Of a DNA stretch of 64,000 nt, positions 1 through 7,182 are shown one piece after another; the stretch's first letter is position 1, and the number at the start of each line of letters is the position of its first letter. A program made the position numbers and the translations under genes. The notes under the pieces are model-generated. The model made no database searches, had not been told where the DNA came from, and saw only the letters and a program-made list of their open reading frames with translations. The DNA comes from Lachnospiraceae bacterium (GTDB lineage Bacteria; Bacillota; Clostridia; Lachnospirales; Lachnospiraceae). The DNA is taken from positions 37,281 through 101,280 of the forward strand of contig JAZODS010000020.1 of NCBI GenBank assembly GCA_045597165.1, written 5' to 3'.

Positions 1-573
1 GAGTATCTCGATGAGCATCCGCTTACGGATAAGATGATTAAGCTGACGGTTGAGCGCGAAGGCAAGACATTTGATGTTTCTTTGAAGCCGACGCACAGCT
101 CCAGCTATTCGCTAGGATTTTACTACAATTACAGCTACCGTGAGAAGATCGGTTTCTTCGATGTCATCAAATACGGCGTAATTGAAGTGAACTACTGGAT
201 TAAGTCGACGATCAAGAGTCTCGGATACATTATCCAGGGAAAGGCGTCCTCTGAGGACATCGGAGGACCGGTTCGTATCGTTAGTGAGATGAGCAATGTT
301 GTGGAAGAAAGCTATCGCACGGACGGATTGTTGTATGCATTTATGAACCTCATCAACTGGGGTATTCTTTTGAGTGCGAATCTCGGTGTCATGAACCTGT
401 TGCCGATTCCGGCTTTGGACGGTGGACGATTGCTGTTCATGCTGATTGAGGTTGTGCGAGGCAAACGAATGGACCCCGAGAAGGAAGGCATGGTTCATTT
501 TGTCGGCTTTGTATTGTTGATTCTGCTTATGTTGTTTATCTTCTTTAACGACATTCGCAATGTATTTCCATAA
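1..573 (+). CDS. rseP: RIP zinc metalloprotease RseP (M50 site-2 protease), C-terminal part; the 5' end lies upstream of the window
   Basis: Frame 1 is open from nt 1. C-terminal M50 signature LSANLGVMNLLPIPALDGGRLLF. rseP-ispG-polC neighbourhood is typical of Firmicutes. Confidence 0.85.
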   Translation, partial: EYLDEHPLTDKMIKLTVEREGKTFDVSLKPTHSSSYSLGFYYNYSYREKIGFFDVIKYGVIEVNYWIKSTIKSLGYIIQGKASSEDIGGPVRIVSEMSNVVEESYRTDGLLYAFMNLINWGILLSANLGVMNLLPIPALDGGRLLFMLIEVVRGKRMDPEKEGMVHFVGFVLLILLMLFIFFNDIRNVFP

Positions 574-626
574 GGGCATTTGCACGGAGGAATGCCATGT
601 GGCTTTGTAGATAAGGAGGCTTCTAT

Positions 627-1685
627 ATGCTACGTAAGCAGACGAAAGAAATTCGCATCGGAGACCGTGTAATCGGAGGTGCGAATCCGATTTTGATTCA
701 GTCTATGTGCAATACGAAGACCGAGGATGTGGCTTCGACCGTAGCACAGATTCGGAGATTGACTGCACTTGGTTGCGATATCATTCGAGTTGCTGTTCCG
801 ACGATGGAAGCGGCCTTGGCGATTCGTGAGATCAAGAAGCAGATTACGATTCCGCTTGTGGCAGACATTCATTTTGACTATCGCCTTGCCATTGCTGCGA
901 TGGAGGCCGGTGCGGATAAGATTCGCATCAATCCCGGAAACATCGGTGGGAAAGAGCAGATTGCGGCAGTTGTGGAAACGGCGAAGAAGTATCGCGTGCC
1001 GATTCGTGTCGGCGTGAACAGCGGTTCCTTGGAAAAGGAGCTGGTGGAGCGTTACGGCGGTGTAACGGCAGAGGGACTTGTTGAGAGCGCCTTGTCGAAG
1101 GTTCGTATTCTTGAAGAGCTTGGTTTTTACGATATCGTAATCAGCATTAAATCGTCAAATGTGGTGATGTCCATCGATGCGCACCGTAGAATTTCCGAGA
1201 TGACCGACTACCCGTTGCACGTCGGAATTACAGAGGCGGGCTCGGTTGTTGCGGGCAACATCAAATCGGCAATCGGTATCGGAAACATTCTGTATGCCGG
1301 CATCGGTGACACGATTCGAGTATCGCTGACCGATAGTCCGGAGGAGGAGATTCGTTCTGCGAAGCTGATTTTGCGTACGCTCGGTTTGAGAAAGGGCGGA
1401 ATTGAGCTTGTTTCCTGCCCGACCTGCGGAAGAACGCAGATTGATTTGATCGGACTTGCAAAGCAGGTGGAAGAGCTTGTGGAGCAGTACGACTTGGATA
1501 TTAAGGTGGCCGTTATGGGCTGCGTAGTAAACGGACCCGGTGAGGCACGAGAGGCGGATCTCGGAATTGCCGGAGGACTCGGAGAAGGACTGTTGATTCG
1601 TAAGGGAGAGGTTGTTAAGAAGCTTCCCGAGGATCAACTGCTTTCGGCATTGAAGGAAGAACTGGATCGCTTGGCACATGCCTAG
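627..1685 (+). CDS. ispG: 4-hydroxy-3-methylbut-2-en-1-yl diphosphate synthase (flavodoxin) IspG/GcpE
   Basis: 352 aa. TIM-barrel N-terminal half (ADIHFDYRLA, RINPGNIG) and Fe-S half with LVSCPTCGRT and GCVVNGPGE. RBS aaggagg upstream. Confidence 0.95.
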   Translation: MLRKQTKEIRIGDRVIGGANPILIQSMCNTKTEDVASTVAQIRRLTALGCDIIRVAVPTMEAALAIREIKKQITIPLVADIHFDYRLAIAAMEAGADKIRINPGNIGGKEQIAAVVETAKKYRVPIRVGVNSGSLEKELVERYGGVTAEGLVESALSKVRILEELGFYDIVISIKSSNVVMSIDAHRRISEMTDYPLHVGITEAGSVVAGNIKSAIGIGNILYAGIGDTIRVSLTDSPEEEIRSAKLILRTLGLRKGGIELVSCPTCGRTQIDLIGLAKQVEELVEQYDLDIKVAVMGCVVNGPGEAREADLGIAGGLGEGLLIRKGEVVKKLPEDQLLSALKEELDRLAHA

Positions 1686-1722
1686 CAGACGATAGAAAGA
1701 ACGATACGAAGGAGGTGGTAGT

Positions 1723-4700
1723 GTGCTGTTTGAACAGGTTTTTGATGCAATTGAGCTCGAGCCGAGATTGCAACATGTTGTCCGCGATTGTGAAGTACTG
1801 CGGATTACAAGTTCACAGTCGCTACCGGTGATTATCGTCTATCTCAGTGCGGATCATATGCTTGCTCCGACGAGCCTTCGTATGCTCGAGCAAGAGCTCA
1901 AAAGACAGTATTTTTTCGACTCGGGCAGAAGTGTTAAGATTTCTATGAGCTATTCGTTTCCCGAGGACACTCCATTGTCCGAGCTGTGGAAACAGCTGTC
2001 CCCGCATTTGCTTGAGCAGCGTATGCTGGACCATCATCTGGATGCGGAGATTTTGGAGCATGCCTCTATCGAGGTTGAGGAAAATGTACTGTACCTTTCC
2101 GTAGAGGACGCGGGAATCGCACGTGCACGAGAGAAAGAGCTTTGTGCATTTGTACAGCAGTATATTGCCGAATGGACCGGACGTACGTGTCTTGTGAAGT
2201 TTCGTTATATTGAACCGAAGGAACGAGGCGCACAGGCTGAGGAGCGCATTTACAGCATCGATGAGCTGCTGGCGAACAATCAGCGCAGGAGAAGAGCTCG
2301 CGAACAGGCAAATGCGGTACCGCGCGACCTTCAAAAGCCGAAGGAGAAGGAGCCCGCTCCGGCACCGAAGCGCCCTGCCTCAAGCGGAGACAAGTTTCGT
2401 CGTGCTCCGATATCGGCCGATCCCGATATCTTTTACGGCAAAGCATTTGATGCTTCGAGCATCGTTCCGATCAGCGAGATTCGCGACGAAATCGGAGATG
2501 TTGTAATACGAGGTAAGATTATTAAATATGAGGAGCGAAGCATTCGCGAGGATAAGCTCGTCATCACATTTGCCGTGACAGACTTTACGGATACGATCAA
2601 CGTGAAGCTGTTTATGGCGCAAGAGAAGCTGGTCGAGTTGGGTGGTAAGCTGAAGGAAGGTGCCTTTGTCATGCTGAAGGGCACCGCTATGTACGACAAA
2701 TACGACCATGAGGTTGTAGTCGGCTCGTTGTTCGGAATAAAGACGATTACCGACTTTACGATAAAGAGACGCGACACGTCCGAGGCGAAGCGTGTCGAGC
2801 TTCATTGTCATACGCAGATGAGCGATATGGACGCCGTTGTGAATACGAAGGAGCTTGTTAAGACGGCGTTTGAGTGGGGCCATCCTGCGGTTGCCATTAC
2901 GGACCACGGAGTGGTACAGTCGTTCGTAGACGCATCGCACGCTCTCAACGGCAAGGATTATGCAAATGATCCGGAAAAGTACGAGCGATTTAAGAAGTTC
3001 AAAATCATATACGGTATGGAGGGCTATATCGTAGATGACGAGGTTGCTACTAACGCAGACGGAGAACCGCTTGATTTGGAGCGTGACAAGGAAGAAATTA
3101 AGAAGCTGAAGAGCCATCACATCATTCTTCTTTGTAAAAACGACATCGGCCGAATCAACCTTTACAGGCTGACGTCCTTTTCGCATATCGATTATTTTTA
3201 TCGTACTCCTCGTATTCCGAAGAGCTTGCTTCGCAAATACCGTGAGGGCTTAATTGTCGGTTCTGCCTGTGAAGCGGGAGAGCTGTTCCAGGCAATTGCG
3301 AACAATGCTCCTCAGGAGGAGCTTGAGCGCATCAGTGCATTTTACGATTATTATGAGGTGCAGCCGATTGGGAACAATGCGTTCATGAAGGAAAGTGAGC
3401 ATTTTCCCGAGGTGACGACGGACCAGGATTTGATTCGTCTCAATAAGCAGATTATTCGCTTGGCGGAGGAGCACGGTAAGCTGTGTGTTGCGACGGGTGA
3501 CGTGCATTTTATGAACCCCGAGGATGAGATTTATCGTCGTATCATTATGGCGGGAAAGGGCTTCGCGGATGCCGACAGACAGCCGCCGCTCTATTTCCGT
3601 ACTACCGACGAGATGCTCGACGAATTCCGTTACCTTCCGAAGGAAAAGGCTTTTGAGCTCGTTGTGACGAATCCGAATAAGATTTGTGACATGGTAGAGC
3701 CGATTCAACCGGTTCGTCCGGACAAATGTCCGCCGGTTATCGAGAATTCCGACAAGGATTTGCGAGACCTTTGTTACGAAACCGCTCATTCGATGTACGG
3801 TGAGCAGCTGCCGAAGCAGGTAGAGGACCGTCTTGAGAAAGAGCTTAAGTCCATTATTACGAATGGATTTGCGGTTATGTACATCATTGCACAGCGACTT
3901 GTAAAGCACTCCAATGATGACGGCTATCTCGTTGGCTCGCGTGGTTCGGTAGGTTCGTCCTTTGTTGCGACGATGTCCGGTATTACCGAGGTAAATCCTT
4001 TGCCGGCACATTATTATTGTCTGAACTGTCATTACAACGACTTCGACTCGGAAGAGGTGAAGTCCTATTCGCAGATGTCCGGCTATGACATGCCCGATAA
4101 GCTTTGTCCGGTATGCGGTAAGCCGCTCAAAAAGGACGGACAGAACATTCCGTTTGAGACGTTCCTCGGCTTCAACGGCGATAAGGAACCCGATATCGAC
4201 TTGAATTTCTCGGGAGAATACCAAAGTAACGCGCATGCGTATACAGAGGTGTTGTTTGGTAAGGGGCATACGTTCCGTGCCGGAACAATCAGTACGCTTG
4301 CCGACAAGACGGCATTTGGCTACATCATGAAATACTACGAGGAGCGTGGGCTTCATAAGCGTGCGGCGGAAGTGGACCGTATTGTAAAGGGCTGTGTCGG
4401 CGTAAGACGTACGACAGGACAGCACCCGGGCGGTATCATTGTACTTCCCCACGGTGAAGAGATTTATTCGTTTACGGCGGTACATCGTCCGGCAAATGAT
4501 ATGAATTCCACCTCGGTAACGACGCATTTCGATTACCATTCGATTGATCATAACCTTTTGAAGCTCGACATTCTCGGTCACGACGATCCGACGATGATTC
4601 GTATGCTTGAAGACCTTACCGGTCTCAATGCGCGAGACATTCCGATGGACGATCCGAAGGTCGTATCCTTGTTCTCTTCAACGGAAGCACTCGGCATTCG

Positions 4701-5628
4701 TCCCGAGGACATTGACGGCTGCGATCTCGGAAGTCTCGGACTTCCCGAGCTCGGCACCGATTTCGTAATGCAGATGCTTCGAGATACTAAGCCGAAGAGT
4801 TTTTCGGATATGATTCGTATTTCCGGACTTTCGCACGGTACCGACGTATGGCTCAACAACACGCAGACGTTGATTCAAGAGGGCAAATGTACGCTTTCCA
4901 CAGCGATTTGTACCCGAGATGATATTATGGTGTATTTGATTCATATGGGTGTCGAGAGTGGCAAGGCCTTTAAGATTATGGAAAGTGTACGAAAGGGCAA
5001 GGGCTTGACGGAAGACATGGAAGAGTCGATGAAGGCATGCAACGTGCCCGATTGGTACATTTGGTCGTGTAAGCGAATCAAATACATGTTCCCGAAAGCA
5101 CACGCATGTGCGTACATTATGATGGCTTTCCGTATCGGATACTGTAAGGTTCATTATCCGCTGGCGTATTATGCGGCGTATTTCTCCATACGCGCAAAGT
5201 CGTTCAGCTATGAGCTGATGGCACTTGGCAAAGAACGCCTCAATCAGTACATCAGCGATTTCAAGCATCGCTCCAATTCCTTGTCCAACAAAGAGCAGGA
5301 GCAGCTGAAGGATATGAAGATTGTGCAGGAGATGTATGCACGTGGCTTTGAATTTCTACCGATTGATTTGTATCGTGTCAAAGCGACTCGATTCCAAATT
5401 CTCGACGGGAAGCTGATGCCGTCGCTCATTTCCATCGATGGTCTCGGTGAAAATGCAGCTGCGCAGATCGAAGAAGGTATGAAAGAGGGACCGCTCTTGT
5501 CGAGAGATGACTTCCGACTTCGTTGTCACGTCGGTCAGAGTACGGTAGAGCTTTTGAACGACCTTGGTTTGTTCGGTTCTTTGCCGGAATCCAATCAGCT
5601 TAGCTTTACGGATATGGGTTTGTTGTAA
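1723..5628 (+). CDS. polC: PolC-type DNA polymerase III alpha subunit, apparently lacking the internal 3'-5' exonuclease domain
   Basis: GTG start 7 nt after GGAGG. OB region; PHP motifs VELHCHTQMSDMD, AITDHGVVQSF, ATGDVHFMNPEDE. PolC zinc module YYCLNCHY...LCPVCGKPLKKDGQNIPFETFLGFNGDKEPDIDLNFSG. No Exo I/II/III motifs seen. Confidence 0.9.
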   Translation: MLFEQVFDAIELEPRLQHVVRDCEVLRITSSQSLPVIIVYLSADHMLAPTSLRMLEQELKRQYFFDSGRSVKISMSYSFPEDTPLSELWKQLSPHLLEQRMLDHHLDAEILEHASIEVEENVLYLSVEDAGIARAREKELCAFVQQYIAEWTGRTCLVKFRYIEPKERGAQAEERIYSIDELLANNQRRRRAREQANAVPRDLQKPKEKEPAPAPKRPASSGDKFRRAPISADPDIFYGKAFDASSIVPISEIRDEIGDVVIRGKIIKYEERSIREDKLVITFAVTDFTDTINVKLFMAQEKLVELGGKLKEGAFVMLKGTAMYDKYDHEVVVGSLFGIKTITDFTIKRRDTSEAKRVELHCHTQMSDMDAVVNTKELVKTAFEWGHPAVAITDHGVVQSFVDASHALNGKDYANDPEKYERFKKFKIIYGMEGYIVDDEVATNADGEPLDLERDKEEIKKLKSHHIILLCKNDIGRINLYRLTSFSHIDYFYRTPRIPKSLLRKYREGLIVGSACEAGELFQAIANNAPQEELERISAFYDYYEVQPIGNNAFMKESEHFPEVTTDQDLIRLNKQIIRLAEEHGKLCVATGDVHFMNPEDEIYRRIIMAGKGFADADRQPPLYFRTTDEMLDEFRYLPKEKAFELVVTNPNKICDMVEPIQPVRPDKCPPVIENSDKDLRDLCYETAHSMYGEQLPKQVEDRLEKELKSIITNGFAVMYIIAQRLVKHSNDDGYLVGSRGSVGSSFVATMSGITEVNPLPAHYYCLNCHYNDFDSEEVKSYSQMSGYDMPDKLCPVCGKPLKKDGQNIPFETFLGFNGDKEPDIDLNFSGEYQSNAHAYTEVLFGKGHTFRAGTISTLADKTAFGYIMKYYEERGLHKRAAEVDRIVKGCVGVRRTTGQHPGGIIVLPHGEEIYSFTAVHRPANDMNSTSVTTHFDYHSIDHNLLKLDILGHDDPTMIRMLEDLTGLNARDIPMDDPKVVSLFSSTEALGIRPEDIDGCDLGSLGLPELGTDFVMQMLRDTKPKSFSDMIRISGLSHGTDVWLNNTQTLIQEGKCTLSTAICTRDDIMVYLIHMGVESGKAFKIMESVRKGKGLTEDMEESMKACNVPDWYIWSCKRIKYMFPKAHACAYIMMAFRIGYCKVHYPLAYYAAYFSIRAKSFSYELMALGKERLNQYISDFKHRSNSLSNKEQEQLKDMKIVQEMYARGFEFLPIDLYRVKATRFQILDGKLMPSLISIDGLGENAAAQIEEGMKEGPLLSRDDFRLRCHVGQSTVELLNDLGLFGSLPESNQLSFTDMGLL

Positions 5629-5639
5629 GATGTTTTTTG

Positions 5640-5674
5640 GACAGTCCCGAAGTTGCGTTCGGGGCTGTCTTTTG
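5640..5674 (+). terminator. Intrinsic terminator after polC
   Basis: 12-bp stem gacagtcccgaa/ttcggggctgtc (one G-U), 6-nt loop, followed by tttt. Confidence 0.7.
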
Positions 5675-5724
5675 ATAGGGAAAATGCTGTTCGAAAATTC
5701 CTCAAAAAAAATTTAAAAAAGTAC

Positions 5725-5753
5725 TTGCATTTTCGTTATTCGTGTGTTATCAT
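5725..5753 (+). promoter_or_regulatory. Sigma-A type promoter for tRNA-Glu
   Basis: TTGCAT-17 nt-TATCAT, preceded by an A/T-rich UP-like tract (aaaaaaaatttaaaaaag). Sits about 16 nt upstream of the tRNA 5' end. Confidence 0.5.
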
Positions 5754-5769
5754 CGTGAGCGTAGCATTT

Positions 5770-5841
5770 GGCTCGTTGGTCAAGCGGTTAAGACGTCGCC
5801 CTCTCACGGCGAAAACAGGGGTTCGATTCCCCTACGAGCTG
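5770..5841 (+). tRNA. tRNA-Glu (anticodon CUC); CCA not encoded
   Basis: Hand-folded cloverleaf. Acceptor GGCTCGT/ACGAGCT. Anticodon stem TCGCC/GGCGA with loop CT-CTC-AC. T arm AGGGG-TTCGATT-CCCCT. D loop GGTCAAGCGGTTAAGA is typical of Firmicute tRNA-Glu. Confidence 0.9.
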
Positions 5842-5845
5842 TTTG

Positions 5846-5877
5846 AGACCGGATTCTAAGGAGTCCGGTCTTTTTGT
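5846..5877 (+). terminator. Intrinsic terminator after tRNA-Glu
   Basis: Stem agaccgga/tccggtct followed by ttttt. Confidence 0.7.
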
Positions 5878-5940
5878 TTACATGGGATACGGTTTGCCAT
5901 GTGATTGTTGTAGAAGATGCATTTGTTTATGGAGGCACGT

Positions 5941-7149
5941 ATGAAGAAGTTATGTATTGCGGTTGCGTTGTTGATGCTTTGTATGGCATTCGTTGGTTGC
6001 GAACGCGCGGTAGACCCGCCGGTTGCTACTCCGACACCGTCTGAGGTACCGACCGAGACCCCCAGTATTACACCTACACCTACCGAAGAGGTGAATGAGC
6101 TGGACAACATGACACTCAGAGAAAGATATGCCGATAACTTTAAGGTCGGTGTTGCTTTGTCTAATTATTTGATTAATAATCCCGGTGCACTTGAGTTTAC
6201 GGCAAGTCAGTTTAACAGCTTGACGTTTGAGAACGAGATGAAGCCGGATCATTTGTTGGATGCCGCAGGTTGTCGCAGCGGTTATCCGGGAACGAACACG
6301 AAGCCCGCTGTGAAGTTCAGTAGCACGACTCGTGGTATGGAGTGGGCACAGAAGAACGGAATCGGTGTTCGTGGTCATACATTGGTATGGTACAGCCAGA
6401 CTCCTTCTTGGTTCTTTACGACCGACTACAAGGATGGCAGCCCTTTGGCAAGCCGTGAGGTTATGTTGAAGCGTATGGAAAGCTACATCGACCAGGTTAT
6501 GACCTATTATCAGACGACGTACCCCGGCGTTATCTATGCTTGGGACGTTGTAAATGAGGCGCTTGAACCCGCTGACGGTCGTCCCGATGGTCTTCGTACC
6601 GGTAACAACCTTTGGTTTGAAACCGTAGGTGAGGATTATGTATATTGGGCATTTTACTATGCAAACAAGTACAATCGCAATACTACGGAGCTTTACTACA
6701 ACGATTACAATTGCTCCTCTAAGAGAACGGCAATTTTGAAACTGGTAGAGCCGATGCTTGAGAAGGGACTGATTGATGGTATCGGTATGCAGTGTCACCT
6801 CAGCACGACGAACAACATTGCAAATGATGTATATTATACCGCTCGCACCTTTGCGGAGGCCGGACTTAAGGTTCAGATTACCGAGCTTGATATGAAGCAG
6901 GCGTCTGAGGGTGAGAATGCCGATATGGCGCAGGCTATGAAGTATAAGCTCATTTTCGAGAAGATGGAAAAGGCTCAGGAAGAGGGCGTTATCGATTTCA
7001 GTAGCTTGACTGTTTGGGGTCTTTATGACCAGGTATCCTGGATTCAGGGCAATCCACTTCTGTTTACCGTAAAGGGCAATGGTATTGAGAAGAAGCTTGC
7101 ATGGTATGGTGCAATGCAGGATCCCGATATCATGGCGATTGAGTGGTAA
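5941..7149 (+). CDS. Endo-1,4-beta-xylanase, glycoside hydrolase family 10, predicted lipoprotein
   Basis: MKKLCIAVALLMLCMAFVGC lipobox, PT-rich linker. GH10 motifs GHTLVWYSQTPSWF, WDVVNEA (acid/base Glu), ITELDM (nucleophile Glu). Start chosen at the ATG 6 nt after atggagg; the ORF track starts at 5917. Confidence 0.9.
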   Translation: MKKLCIAVALLMLCMAFVGCERAVDPPVATPTPSEVPTETPSITPTPTEEVNELDNMTLRERYADNFKVGVALSNYLINNPGALEFTASQFNSLTFENEMKPDHLLDAAGCRSGYPGTNTKPAVKFSSTTRGMEWAQKNGIGVRGHTLVWYSQTPSWFFTTDYKDGSPLASREVMLKRMESYIDQVMTYYQTTYPGVIYAWDVVNEALEPADGRPDGLRTGNNLWFETVGEDYVYWAFYYANKYNRNTTELYYNDYNCSSKRTAILKLVEPMLEKGLIDGIGMQCHLSTTNNIANDVYYTARTFAEAGLKVQITELDMKQASEGENADMAQAMKYKLIFEKMEKAQEEGVIDFSSLTVWGLYDQVSWIQGNPLLFTVKGNGIEKKLAWYGAMQDPDIMAIEW

Positions 7150-7182
7150 TCAGACTACTTTTATGATTTTGGAGGCTATCGT

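Noticed and set aside
5653-5859. 68-aa ORF spanning the polC-xylanase intergenic region.
   Set aside because: It runs through the promoter and the whole tRNA-Glu gene. The tRNA cloverleaf explains the conservation-like appearance.
7150-7182. T-box riboswitch expected upstream of alaS.
   Set aside because: Only 33 nt separate the xylanase stop from the alaS start. No specifier, T-box or terminator elements can fit. I report this as an absence, not a feature.
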